DNA of 60,634 nucleotides from a virus. Its lineage: Duplodnaviria > Caudoviricetes. The notes beneath the pieces are model-generated. The model did not search any database, was not told the DNA's origin, and was given only the letters and a program-made list of their open reading frames with translations. Below, in pieces: positions 37,428-48,900 of this stretch. The stretch spans positions 1 to 60,634 of IMG/VR virus record IMGVR_UViG_3300033142_002332; one strand, given 5' to 3'. Positions within the stretch are counted from its first letter, which is position 1. Every line of letters begins with the position of its first letter. A program made the translations under genes and the position numbers.

Positions 37428-38285
37428 ATGAAAATAGATCCGACAAAGAATACTCTTATATGTGGAGATAATGTGAAATGGTTAAATTGGACACCTAATA
37501 ATTCAATAGATTTATGTTATATAGATCCTCCATTTTTCACTAATAAGGATTATGGAGAATTTAAAGATAAGTTCAAGGATATTAAAGAATACATAGAATG
37601 GATGAGGCCTAGAATAGAATTAATACATAAGAAATTAAAAGATACAGGTTCTATATTTCTTCATTGTGATTGGCATGCTTCACATCGACTTAGAGTTTTA
37701 TTAGATGATATTTTTGGAGAGAAGAATTTTATTAATGAGATTATTTGGTATTATGGACAAAGAAATTTAAAACATATTAAACATATCAATAGAAAACATG
37801 ATAGTATATTTTGGTACTATAGGACAGATAAATATGTTTATAATGAGCTTAGAACAAAATATACTATAGAAGAAATTAGATCTTGGAGAGGGACAAAAAC
37901 AGATTTAAAAGGTGAATATTATTTAGAAAACGCGGGAAAAAATAAACCTAGATATAAAAGATATGTAACAGATATTTTGAAAGATGGGAAATTATTAGAC
38001 GATGTATGGAAAATAAGAATATTAGGGTCTAACAGCTCTGAACGCATCGGCTACCCCACCCAAAAACCAGAATCATTAATCAAACGCATAGTTGAATGTG
38101 CATCAAATCCAGGCGATATGGTTTTGGATTGTTTTTCAGGTGGAGGAACTACTGCGAAAGTATGTGCTGATTTAAATAGGAAGTTTATAGTTGGTGATGT
38201 CTCCTCTAAAGCTATTGAAATAACTAATAAAAGATTAGATGAGAAATGTTCAAATGTTACTTATGAAACTAAGATAATAAAATGA
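37428..38285 (+). CDS. Orphan DNA N6-adenine/N4-cytosine methyltransferase (beta class)
   Basis: YIDPPF, NEIIW, GYPTQKPESL, VLDCFSGGGTT. Confidence 0.92.
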   Translation: MKIDPTKNTLICGDNVKWLNWTPNNSIDLCYIDPPFFTNKDYGEFKDKFKDIKEYIEWMRPRIELIHKKLKDTGSIFLHCDWHASHRLRVLLDDIFGEKNFINEIIWYYGQRNLKHIKHINRKHDSIFWYYRTDKYVYNELRTKYTIEEIRSWRGTKTDLKGEYYLENAGKNKPRYKRYVTDILKDGKLLDDVWKIRILGSNSSERIGYPTQKPESLIKRIVECASNPGDMVLDCFSGGGTTAKVCADLNRKFIVGDVSSKAIEITNKRLDEKCSNVTYETKIIK

Positions 38286-39412
38286 ATTTATTTAATGGAC
38301 ATATGCAAAGTAGTGGAATAAAAAGGTATTCTGATTCTCCTGTACCAAATAAGCTATGGGGAATTATAAAAGGACAGATTGAAAAAATAATTTTAATTGA
38401 TGACAACGAAAATAATACTTTTGAATATTTTGGTGTTAAATCTGTTCAATATGTAATTAGAATAATTGGATCTCAGAATGATGGTCTTTTTATTAAAAGC
38501 GTTATTGATAGTTCTAACTTAGGCGGGAAACATAATTACTCTGAAGTTGTTAGAGAGGGTGATAAAGCTAAAAGTGGTCCGTATTCTAGCAATGTAGGAC
38601 TTGGAGATGATAAAGATCCAAGTAAAAAACATGGAGATATGGTTTTGGTTGCTTTTATAAACGGAAACCAAGATTCAGGTGTAATTATATCAGGATTTCC
38701 TCATCCTAAAAATGAAAGAACAGGTCCCAATAAAAATGATGGAATTAGAAAAATATCAGAGTTTAATGGAATAGAATCTCATATAGATAAAAATTCTAAT
38801 TTTAGGTTAAGACATCGAGGCAGAAAAAATGGAGATGGAAAGATAGAAAATGAAAAAGGAGTAGGCACAGAATTAATATTATTTGAAAATGGAGATATTC
38901 AAATAGATTTATACGGAAAATCTGATGATGATATAAGTAAATCTATTGATGAACAGACAAAAGACTTTAGGATTAGATTAACAAAAGAAGATAAAAAACT
39001 TGAAGCTTTTATAAATGAAAATGAAATAACTGTAGACGAATTAGGTATTAATATAACTGATAAAAACAAAAATAAAATAATTACAAACAAAAACGGTGTT
39101 GATATAGAGGACTTAAGCTCTAATAAAGCAACTATGGATAACAATGGAATAAAAATTAAAGAAAATAACGGAGGAGAGTTAAATCTATCTGGAAGTAAAG
39201 TAGCTTTAGGTTTTGGCTCTATCGAAGTTTTAGATAATATAAGTAAGTTAGCACAGGAAGCTGGAAAACTAGCACAAGAAGATTCTCTTCATATACATCC
39301 TACAGGAGTTGGTCCTAGCGGACCTCCTACAAATTCTGCTTCTTATGTAGCAATTAAAGCTGCATGTGATACAATTGAAGTTTTAATTAACAATATAAAG
39401 GGGTCTTTATAA
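38282..39412 (+). CDS. Baseplate central spike (gpV/gp5-like)
   Basis: OB-fold GDMVLVAFING, beta-helix repeats, C-terminal HIHPTGVGPSGPP (HxH apex). Confidence 0.8.
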   Translation: MNLFNGHMQSSGIKRYSDSPVPNKLWGIIKGQIEKIILIDDNENNTFEYFGVKSVQYVIRIIGSQNDGLFIKSVIDSSNLGGKHNYSEVVREGDKAKSGPYSSNVGLGDDKDPSKKHGDMVLVAFINGNQDSGVIISGFPHPKNERTGPNKNDGIRKISEFNGIESHIDKNSNFRLRHRGRKNGDGKIENEKGVGTELILFENGDIQIDLYGKSDDDISKSIDEQTKDFRIRLTKEDKKLEAFINENEITVDELGINITDKNKNKIITNKNGVDIEDLSSNKATMDNNGIKIKENNGGELNLSGSKVALGFGSIEVLDNISKLAQEAGKLAQEDSLHIHPTGVGPSGPPTNSASYVAIKAACDTIEVLINNIKGSL

Positions 39413-39413
39413 A

Positions 39414-39953
39414 ATGATTTTAACAGATACTAAAATTAAAGAAAACATAGAAAAAGGTTTAATTGTTATAGCTCCTTATAAAGAGGAATGCTTAGGATCT
39501 AATAGTTATGATGTTCATATTGGAGACACTTTAGCTACTTATGTAGATGTTAATCTTGATTCAAAAAGACATAATAAGATTGATGTTTTTAAAATTCCAC
39601 ATGACGGATTTGTTTTAAATCCTAATGAATTTTATTTAGGTGTTACAAAAGAACACACTGAAACCCATAAACATGTTCCTTTTTTGGAAGGCAAGTCTAG
39701 TGTTGGACGATTAGGCATTAATATACATGTAACTGCTGGTAAGGGAGATGTTGGCTTTTGTAACACATGGACTTTAGAATTATCTGTTAAAAAGCGTGTT
39801 CGTATTTATTCTGGCATGTTAATTGGGCAGTTGGTATTTTTTGAAATATCTGGTGACGTTAGTGTGCCTTATAATAAAAAGAATTCTGCAAAATATACAA
39901 AAAAAACAAATATGCCAGTAGAATCTATGATGTGGAAAAACTTTGTAAAGTAA
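39414..39953 (+). CDS. dcd: dCTP deaminase
   Basis: NSYDV, EGKSSVGRLG, TAG.GD.GF, TLEL, IGQL.F. Confidence 0.92.
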   Translation: MILTDTKIKENIEKGLIVIAPYKEECLGSNSYDVHIGDTLATYVDVNLDSKRHNKIDVFKIPHDGFVLNPNEFYLGVTKEHTETHKHVPFLEGKSSVGRLGINIHVTAGKGDVGFCNTWTLELSVKKRVRIYSGMLIGQLVFFEISGDVSVPYNKKNSAKYTKKTNMPVESMMWKNFVK

Positions 39954-39956
39954 TAC

Positions 39957-40517
39957 ATGCCAATTGATGACTTAAGTACGTGGCAAACAACTATGGCAGA
40001 TATTCCTAAAGTATCAGATAATAGTTGGGCTACAAATTTTTCTAATTGGACTGATGAAAGAGTAACTGGAAAAGCTCAATTAACAGGAGTAATAACAACT
40101 AATTTTCCTTTTTCTTTTAACAAGACTATTTTTAAAAACTCTTTATTAACAATATCTTCATCTGTTGATGTTTTAATAGCAGCAAATAACTTTGCGTCTG
40201 TTTGGGAGACAGCTATTTTAGCATCTTTATTTTTAAATGTTATGCCAGGGGATAACTTTGGTGTTCCAACTCCTGCGACTATTTGGAGTTCAATAACTTC
40301 TTCTTTAATTGATATACCTAGCATATCAGTAGCAAAAGCACTTTTAATAGCAGGGTTAACAGGATCATCTCCAGTTAGTGATCCTTTAGATTCTGTTTTC
40401 CCTGAAGCTTTTAGGAGTGCTTTTTTATCTTTAACTGGTACGGTAACAGGCTTAAATAGCCTACCTCCTCCTTCAGGCCCCCAGCCTTTAATTGTAGCAT
40501 CTGTTTCTTTACTATAA
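39957..40517 (+). CDS. Putative baseplate-associated protein
   Basis: Pro-rich C-terminal hairpin (VTG...PPPSGPQP); follows the spike gene. Confidence 0.45.
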   Translation: MPIDDLSTWQTTMADIPKVSDNSWATNFSNWTDERVTGKAQLTGVITTNFPFSFNKTIFKNSLLTISSSVDVLIAANNFASVWETAILASLFLNVMPGDNFGVPTPATIWSSITSSLIDIPSISVAKALLIAGLTGSSPVSDPLDSVFPEAFRSAFLSLTGTVTGLNSLPPPSGPQPLIVASVSLL

Positions 40518-40665
40518 TAAAAACTGTTAATATTTTATAAATAACTTAGTTAACTATTATATTATAAAAATTAAATAAATTGTGATATGATGTTTAAAGT
40601 CGTAGTTTATTGGATCGATAAAATAATAAAACATAAACAACGAAATGTGTAATAAATAAAAAATC

Positions 40666-40998
40666 ATGAATAATACAACAAACAAAATGAAAGGTAATAT
40701 GAATAATACACCGGAAAAGAAAAGAGGGTCAAAAATATTTTTTACTTCCGACACACACTTTGGTCAACAAAGAACATTAGAATTATCAAAACGCCCTTTT
40801 AAAACGGTTGAAGAGATGGATGAAACCATGGTTTTGAGCTGGAATTCTAAAGTTAAAAAAGAGGATACAGTTTTCCATTTGGGTGATTTTGGAAAACCTT
40901 CAGTTATCACCCAATTAAAAGCAAGATGTTCAAGGCTTAATATACGATGGCATAATGTTTTAGAAGGGTGTATTAGTGAGTCTTTAAGTAGGATATGA
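40666..40998 (+). pseudogene. Truncated calcineurin-like metallophosphoesterase
   Basis: FFTSDTHFG and VFHLGDFG present; GNHD and GHxH motifs absent. Confidence 0.75.
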
Positions 40999-41044
40999 TG
41001 AGATAGGAATATATTATAAAAAACAAATTAAAAGAAAGAAAACA

Positions 41045-42886
41045 ATGGAAATAAATAAAAAACAAAATAATTTTCAAGCTAAAACCCTTACCACATGTGA
41101 CCTAAAGGCTTTAACACAAGAAGATAGCAGTTTTATCTTCAATTGTTTTTTAGAAATTCTTAGGCATAATGTTGTTTCAGATAAGCCAAATGCTTTCAAT
41201 AAGATATTTACGTTATTTCTTTGCAAGATTGTTGACGAGGATAGAGAGCCTGATGAAGAGCTACATTTTCAATGGCTAGAAGGTCAAGACGATAATATTT
41301 CATTTCAGAAAAGATTGACAGACCTTTATAACAGAGGAATGTTAGAGTTGTTGGACAAAAAGGTAACTGATATCAGTGACAGTGAATTTGACAAGAAGTT
41401 CGGACAATTAGAAGGTAAGGCTAAGGATGAACTCAAAAAAATTATAACTGAAATACGGCTTAAAAAGGATAGTGAATTTGCTATTAAAGAAGTCTATGAC
41501 GATGTGTCTTTTCAAGACAATGCAATAGTTGTAAGAGAATTGGTTGAATTATTACAATTCTATAAAATAAAATATAATTACCGCCAGCAATTTTTAAGTG
41601 ATTTTTTTGAGTTGCTTATAAGCACTGGATTTAAACAAGAATCAGGGCAATTTTTTACTCCTGTTCCAGTAGCAAAATTTATCATAAAAAGCTTACCTAT
41701 AAAAGAAATTATTTGTGAAAAAATTAAGATAGGAAATAAAAACGATTTATTACCTACAATTATTGACTATGCGTCAGGAAGTGGACATTTTTTGACCGAA
41801 TCAATGGAAGAAGTTCAAAATAATATTAATAATATTAATGAAAGCATATTAAGTCCTGATATAAAAGAAATTATCAAAAAATGGAAAGAAATGCCTCTTA
41901 GTTGGGCTAAAGACTATATTTACGGTATAGAAAAAGACTATAGGTTAGTTAAAGTTTCAAAAGCTAGTTGTTATCTTCATGGAGGAGGATTAATAAATAT
42001 TATTCATGGTGATGGACTAGGTGATTTTGCTACTTCTAATGAATTTAAAGGCTTACTCAAAGAAACGGATCAAACTTATACACAAGATAACAAACAGTTT
42101 GATATTGTCATTTCAAACCCCCCTTATTCAGTTTCAGCTTTTAAAGGATTAATGGATGAGGAAAAGTCAAAAAGGGGGTTTGATCTTTATACTAATTTAA
42201 CTGACAAAAGTTCAGAAATAGAGTGTTTATTTATCGAGAGAACGAAGCAACTGCTAAAAGATGGAGGAGTGGCTGGTATTATTCTGCCAAGATCTATTTT
42301 AAGCAACACAGGTATTTATACTAAAGCCAGAGAAATTATTTTAAAATATTTTGATATTGTTGCTATTACTGAATTAGGAAGCAATACCTTTATGGCTACT
42401 GGTACGAATACTATTATTTTGTTTTTAAGACGTAAGAATAATGAAGATTGGATTAAGGTTAAAGGTTTAATTGATAGTTTTTTTATCAATATACAAGATG
42501 ATAGCATCAGTGGTTTTGAAATACCAGCATCAGTATCAAAATACATTTCACATGCTTGGGATAGTATTTCATTTGATGATTATAAAACATTATTGCAAAA
42601 ACAACCCAACGAAGCCGTACAGCAACACGAAACCTATAAAGAATACAAAAAGAAAATAAAAGCTAAAAATGAGCAAGAAGAGTGGAATAAAATAATTGAA
42701 TTGGAGAAAGAAAAATTACTTTATTTCATTATTGTCTATTCGCAAAAAGCAGTATTGGTAAAAACTGGTCATAAAAAAGAAGAAAAACAGTTTTTAGGTT
42801 ATGAATTTAGTAATCGTAGAGGCAGCGAAGGTATACATCCAATACAGAGAGGAAAAAAAATAGATGAATGCACAAAGCTTTTTTAA
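41045..42886 (+). CDS. N6-adenine MTase core of a type I/IIG restriction-modification enzyme, truncated at both ends
   Basis: GQFFTPVPVA, IIDYASGSGHFL, YGIEKD, ISNPPY, F.ATGTNT; no nuclease or specificity domain visible. Confidence 0.85.
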   Translation: MEINKKQNNFQAKTLTTCDLKALTQEDSSFIFNCFLEILRHNVVSDKPNAFNKIFTLFLCKIVDEDREPDEELHFQWLEGQDDNISFQKRLTDLYNRGMLELLDKKVTDISDSEFDKKFGQLEGKAKDELKKIITEIRLKKDSEFAIKEVYDDVSFQDNAIVVRELVELLQFYKIKYNYRQQFLSDFFELLISTGFKQESGQFFTPVPVAKFIIKSLPIKEIICEKIKIGNKNDLLPTIIDYASGSGHFLTESMEEVQNNINNINESILSPDIKEIIKKWKEMPLSWAKDYIYGIEKDYRLVKVSKASCYLHGGGLINIIHGDGLGDFATSNEFKGLLKETDQTYTQDNKQFDIVISNPPYSVSAFKGLMDEEKSKRGFDLYTNLTDKSSEIECLFIERTKQLLKDGGVAGIILPRSILSNTGIYTKAREIILKYFDIVAITELGSNTFMATGTNTIILFLRRKNNEDWIKVKGLIDSFFINIQDDSISGFEIPASVSKYISHAWDSISFDDYKTLLQKQPNEAVQQHETYKEYKKKIKAKNEQEEWNKIIELEKEKLLYFIIVYSQKAVLVKTGHKKEEKQFLGYEFSNRRGSEGIHPIQRGKKIDECTKLF

Positions 42887-43085
42887 TCATAACATCCTTA
42901 ACAATAAAGAAAAAGCTAATTACTATATTTATAAAGCTTTTAAAGGAGAATTTGATTCTTCAATATATGAAAACTTACAAAATAATGTTTTTAGTTTTTG
43001 TTTAGATGATATGATGACTTTTGATAGAATTAATTTTGAGAAAAATATATCATTGTCAGGTAAAAAAAAGGAATTAAATATTTGA
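42864..43085 (+). pseudogene. Probable frameshifted continuation of the RM gene
   Basis: Overlaps the end of the MTase; KANYYIYKAF...MMTFDR..FEK.IS looks like the linker preceding a specificity domain. Confidence 0.55.
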
Positions 43086-43149
43086 CTTCGCATTATGTTA
43101 ATTTTTCCATCAATATTTCTTGTCAATCTATATTTTTTGTGTTAGATTG

Positions 43150-43905
43150 CTTTTTATAAAATTCTTTGACTTTAGTTTTTAGTTCTTGAATAGATTTTAC
43201 AACTCTTTGCTAGACCAATGATCTCAAAACATCTTGAAACTAATGCTCTAACACCAATATTTTCGGTTAATTGTCTATGCCAATGAGTTCCTTTGCAGGT
43301 TTATTGTCTTTTAGATATTTTGCAACATCTGGTTCTAGAGTGTCATAAATTAGTTTTATGACAAGTTTTCCCCACCATTTAGGGCGATTCTTTAGAGGGG
43401 TACTCCAATTAGTTAATCTTCCAAACTCTTCCCACAATTCATCAGGAAAAGTTTTTTCCCAAGCTCTTAATTCTTCAGCTATATATAGCCTGAGTTTGAT
43501 TTGCAGCCCATCTTCTTTACGCTCATATTGATAACCTGTAACTTCATCTATTAGGGCTTCTAATCCAATATCAGCACATGCAGAAAGAAGAATGCTACAT
43601 TTTATAGCGATTTCTTTTTGTCTCTCTGTTTGTAATGCATTATCGCTAAGTGCCTTGACATATGCTCTACAAATATTAAGAAATTGTCTTGCTTCTAAGC
43701 ATTTAGCTATTTTAGACTCTCCTGGGATGCTCAAATCAATAAGTTCCGCACGGATAGATTCAGCGTCCAGATAGGGGTTTTAGTGGATTTATCCCTATAT
43801 AATCCGCAAGCCCACTTCTTTTTTTCTCTGCAATCGCTTTAACCATTCCTATTTGGCTTATTAACCTTTTACCAGTATCTGATACATAGCAACCAACTCT
43901 ATTAG
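43150..43905 (-). pseudogene. P63C-domain (phage antirepressor-like) pseudogene
   Basis: Core ALIDEVTGYQYER...WEKTFPDE...RPKWWGK (43267-43734); upstream CYVSDTGKRLISQ and downstream HWHRQLTENIG lie in other frames. Confidence 0.75.
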
Positions 43906-43999
43906 TTTTATATTTAGAAATAGACAAATTCGTAATTTATATTAATAAATTTAAAAAATAAAAAAAATAGTTTATACTTAACTAAGAAGGGTATACTCA

Positions 44000-45940
44000 A
44001 TGGGTTTAAGTTTTTTTAAAGATATAGCTACTGATTTAAATAGACGAACAAGCCTATCTAATAGCTCTGAGCGCATAAAGTTTCCGTTTTTTAAAAAAGG
44101 TGATTATAACGATATATATTCAGATGGAAACCCCAATAAGCCATGGAATAAATCTATGGGTTATGGTTTTGGCGTATTAAAGGAAAACGGTGAAAGAATA
44201 AACGATTGGAAAACTTTCAATCTTCAATTAAACCCTCAATCTTTACAGCAAGACGAAGAATTTTCTGTTCAGTTTTTTCCAACACCAACAGGAATCATAG
44301 TTGAGCATCAAGGTTCGATTATGAAAGATCTTGTTATTTCTGGTGTTACTGGTGTTCATCCAAAAAGAGGTGCTGGTGGTGTTAATATTGATGGTAATAT
44401 AATTTTTGGAACAGGTGACAGTGGATATAAACAATTTCATGATTTAAGAAACTATATCAGATCATATGCTGAACATAAAAAAGATCCTTCGAATTCACAT
44501 CTTAGATTAGCATTTTTTAATTATAAAGATCAAGAATTTTTTTTAGTTGAACCTGTAAGATTTTCTCTTAAAAGAGCTGAAAACAGACCTTTAATGTACG
44601 AATATACAATTGTTCTAAAAACATTAGGTAGAACTAACGGAATTAAAGAAGATGCTAACTCTTTTGACAACATGCTAGGTTCAATAGGCAATGTACTAGA
44701 TAGAGTGAATAACGCTGTTAAAGTTGCTCGTGGTGTTCTTAATGGGTCAATAGCTTTGCTACTATCTACTGATAGAACTGTTAGGTCTAAAGTGTTAGGT
44801 CCATTAGAAGAATTTGAAAATGCGTTAACAGACTTTAAAAACGGAGTAACAACAGTCTTTGGGTTGCCAAAGAAATTTTTAAAGGACTTAAAGGAACAAA
44901 TAAGAGATATAAGCGATAAGCTAGCAGATAGTTCGGGAGTAGATACAGCTGGATATAATTTATTTACAAAAAGAGAAACTATAGCGCTAATTGAACAGGG
45001 AAGAGCTCCAACTTATGAAGAAAAAAAAGTTATAAATACTTTTAAAAATTTGGAACAAAAAATAGAATTAATAGCTTTTAATCAAGATAATTTCACGCAA
45101 CCGTTTAGTGATTCAGTTGCGCAAATAAATAAGTCTTATGGTGTTGGAGTAACAACTAATGTTGATGTTGTTGATGAAAACGGTAATGTAGAAGATATTG
45201 CGGTAATAACTGGACCAATAGACAATATCATTGAAAATTCTAACGATACTGTTGCGGTTCAAATTCTAGAAGATGATACTTTGCAAGATATAGCAGCTAG
45301 ATTGCTAGGAGATGCTAATAATTTTCATTCTTTAGCTGCAGTTAATAACCTAAAAGCTCCTTATATAGTAAAAACAGAAGATATTGATCAAATAGCAGAA
45401 GAAAATAATATTCCAGATGGCGTTTCTAGTGAAGAAGTAAAAAAGATGTTAGGCCTTTTGACTTTTGATGACACTATTTTAATCCCTGTTTCTACCACTA
45501 AAGATAATTCTATTAAAAATGTTTATAGTAATTCAGGGTGGGCAATTACTGAAAAGCTACCTCAAGTAGAAAAAACTCTTGGAGTAGACATAAAACTTAA
45601 TAAGGCAAAAGATTTAGCTATAACAAACACTAACGACATAGCTCTTGTGGCTGGATCTAAAAACGTTGTTCAGTCTATAGGGGTAAGGCTTGGTGTTGAT
45701 AAAGGAAGTTATAAAACACACACTCAGTTTGGAATAAACCTAAGTATAGGTGAAAAAAATACGTCTTCTTCTTTACTTATAAGAGACTCTATACAAGAAC
45801 AGTTAGCACAAGATAGCAGGTTATCTCCTGATAATAAAGTAGTTGTAAGCATACAAGGAAATGTTATTTATGTAAATATTTATGCAAAGATTAAATCAGT
45901 AGGTCAAACTTTTCCTTTACAGTTAGTTTCAGTAAGTTAA
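44000..45940 (+). CDS. Baseplate protein: tube-initiator/LysM + gp25-like C-terminus
   Basis: L.LNPQ, ISGVTG, DTLQDIAARLLGDA..F..LA..N.L LysM, GVDIKL...D...V.G..N..Q..H..FG. Confidence 0.75.
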   Translation: MGLSFFKDIATDLNRRTSLSNSSERIKFPFFKKGDYNDIYSDGNPNKPWNKSMGYGFGVLKENGERINDWKTFNLQLNPQSLQQDEEFSVQFFPTPTGIIVEHQGSIMKDLVISGVTGVHPKRGAGGVNIDGNIIFGTGDSGYKQFHDLRNYIRSYAEHKKDPSNSHLRLAFFNYKDQEFFLVEPVRFSLKRAENRPLMYEYTIVLKTLGRTNGIKEDANSFDNMLGSIGNVLDRVNNAVKVARGVLNGSIALLLSTDRTVRSKVLGPLEEFENALTDFKNGVTTVFGLPKKFLKDLKEQIRDISDKLADSSGVDTAGYNLFTKRETIALIEQGRAPTYEEKKVINTFKNLEQKIELIAFNQDNFTQPFSDSVAQINKSYGVGVTTNVDVVDENGNVEDIAVITGPIDNIIENSNDTVAVQILEDDTLQDIAARLLGDANNFHSLAAVNNLKAPYIVKTEDIDQIAEENNIPDGVSSEEVKKMLGLLTFDDTILIPVSTTKDNSIKNVYSNSGWAITEKLPQVEKTLGVDIKLNKAKDLAITNTNDIALVAGSKNVVQSIGVRLGVDKGSYKTHTQFGINLSIGEKNTSSSLLIRDSIQEQLAQDSRLSPDNKVVVSIQGNVIYVNIYAKIKSVGQTFPLQLVSVS

Positions 45941-45966
45941 AAATTAATATATAGAAAAGATAAAAC

Positions 45967-48900
45967 ATGACATTTGTATCAAGAGACTGGAGAACTATAT
46001 TATCAGAGATGATTTCATATATTTCTTCAAACTCACCATTATCTGACATCAACCCAGGTTCAGTTATAGCAACTATTAGCGAAGCTACTTCACTTGAAGA
46101 TGCAGAGCAATATTTTCAAATGTTAGAGATAATTAGAAACTATTCTCTAAACACAACATCAGGAAGTGACCTTGACAATAGAGCTTCTGAATATAATTTA
46201 GAAAGAGAAGAGGCAAAAAAATCATCAACTTATGTAGTTATTGGTGATTCTGCTTTTGTCAAGGTCACAACTAGCATATATTCAGGGCTTCCTGGTCCTA
46301 AATCTGGCGATACTATAATTTATGGCGATGATAGGTATAATTTTCCAACATCGAGTACATTAATTATAGGAAGAGGAACAAATAACGTAGAGACATTAAG
46401 TTATAGCTCTATTGTTGAATTTTCTAATTATGTAAGGTTTGATTTATCATCTGCACTTGCAAATGACCATGGCACAGATGAAACTATAATATTAAGTCAA
46501 GGAGGGAACAGAGTTGTTTCTGCTGGAAACAAAGTTAAAGTATCAGAAAACGATATTTCTGCAGAAGTTACATATACAATTCAAAATGACGTTACTCTTC
46601 TTGATGGAGAAGATGAATTAGAAGATGTTTTCATAGTAGCTGATGTAGCAGGAGTCGATGGAAATGCGCCAGCAGGATTAATTAATGAGTTTATTTCTCT
46701 TCCTTTTGCATCTGCCTCTGTAATTAACCCTGACAGAGTCACAAACGGTAAAGATAGAGAAAGTGATCAAGAACTAAGAGATAAAATTAAGCTTTATACT
46801 CAAAGCTTATCTAGAGGAACAGAGAATGCTATTCTTGGAGAAATTGTCGGTCTTGAAGATGAAGATACAAACACAAGGGTTGTTTCAGCAAATATAATAC
46901 AAACAAACGCGCTTGGTTTACCAAGTATAGTCTATATAGATGATGGAACGGGCTTTGAGCCTACATATAACGGGACAGGTTTTGAGACGGTTATAACAGA
47001 AGCTACAGGCGGAGAAAAGATGCTTCAATCTGATGTATTTCCTATTGTAAAAGCGTTTGTTGTATCAACAAACGAAGAGCCATTTGATATGTCTGGATTA
47101 ACTGAGTTGATTTATTCTACTAATTCTATATCTGAAACAGTAACCTTTACGGCATCAGATTTTGAAAATTCTGCTCAGGCAACTGCTGAAGAGATAGCTA
47201 GAGCTATTAACCTAAGAGCTTCTTTAATTGAATCAAGAACAACTGATAACGGAAAGAAAATATTTCTCACAGCATCTTCTTTAACTAACGAAAACATACA
47301 GATTACAGGCGGCACCGCAAATGATAACATTGCTTTCCCCACTGTAGAAAACACAACATTGTTTCTTTATAAAAATTATCGTCAACTTCTTAGCAAAGAC
47401 GGATCTACAGCTAGCATTGAAAGCGGAAATTCTGAGAACTATAGTTTTATAGCTAATGATAGTTTACTTATAAAAATAGATGGAAAAACAGGGCATCAAG
47501 TTGTTGTTATGAATACTTTAGATACGACTGCAGAGTCTGTAGTAAGTAGGGTTAATTTACAATTGCAAGGAGGAACCTCAATTGTTTCTTCAAATAACAT
47601 TAAAACAACTATATTTTCTAATACAGAAAATTCAAGCGAGTCTGGTATAAAAATAGGAAGAGATTGTTCTGTTACTTCTGTAAGTAGCGATACTATCTTT
47701 TCAGATGTTTCTTTGTTAAATGATTTTCCATACAATAATCAATTGAATGGGTTAAGGGCATATATAACTAGCGGAACATATTCAGGAAATTCACAAAAAA
47801 TCATAGCATATAATCAACTTAACGGCAGGATTACTTTAGATTCTAGCATAGGTGGATTCCTTAGTTTAGGAGATACTTTTGTAATAGATGGCCTTGCAAA
47901 TGGAAATATAGGGAATCCTTCTGACACAATCGGTAAGTTAAATTTTTCAACGTATCAAGTTAGCGGGAAAAACAAAGATTACACTTTAAACAGAAGCCAA
48001 GGTCAAATTGAGCTTGAAGATATCCTTCAAGCAGGTGATATAATCACAGCAGGCACAGAATACACAAAAGGACAAGTTGTCACAAACAACACTGCTGATT
48101 ATGTTTTTGGTGTATTAAGCACTTTGAATGTTTCTATAGATAAAGGAATAGATCAAATAATATCTTTTTCATCAGGTTCTTATTCTGCTGGGCAAATTGT
48201 CAATATAATAAACGATACTTTAATAGGAGGCATAGCTTATATATCTTTTTTAAATATAAATAAAGTAGTTATAGAGACTAATCAGTGGTCTGATGGCACG
48301 GGGTCTATACAGATTACAGGAGGAACATCTGCACCTGTTTTTGACTTTTCTTCAGATGAAGTTGCTAGCCTAAGACCTCATTTTCCTTATTTAGAGTCTC
48401 AAAACAAAGAAGATTCTAACGGAGCTAGTGAATATACTTTTACCGATGAAAGCAATCTAGTTATTGTAGTAGATCAAATATCAGCCTCACCTTATACTAT
48501 AACAATGAGTCAGGGAGGGATAGTAACTTTAGGAGGTAGCGGAGGAGCAGGCACAACTTTCAGAGATAGCTCTTTTGTTATTAATTTTTCAAATAATGAT
48601 TTTTTTAATAACTTTTTTATTAAATTTACTAGCGGTTTAAATATCAATGAAATGGACGTCATTTCTGACTATAACGGTGGGTTAGGAGAATTTACTTTAA
48701 CAACTGGAGTCTCTAATGCTGTTTCTGTTTCTGACACTTTTGTAATAATACCTAGAACTGCTAAAAATGTATCTAATTTTTTTCAATCTACTGTAATAAC
48801 AGGGTTAAGTTTAAAAGCAAAAATAAAAGAAACGTTTGATAAAGCTGTTATTGTTAGTTCATTGACTCCTGGGTCTGTTGGTTCGATAAATATTACAGGA

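Noticed and set aside
27842-43980. Late promoter motif TTTATACTTA upstream of 27871 and 44000 (similar TTATACTAT near 32212)
   Set aside because: Too short and AT-rich to distinguish from chance without motif statistics.
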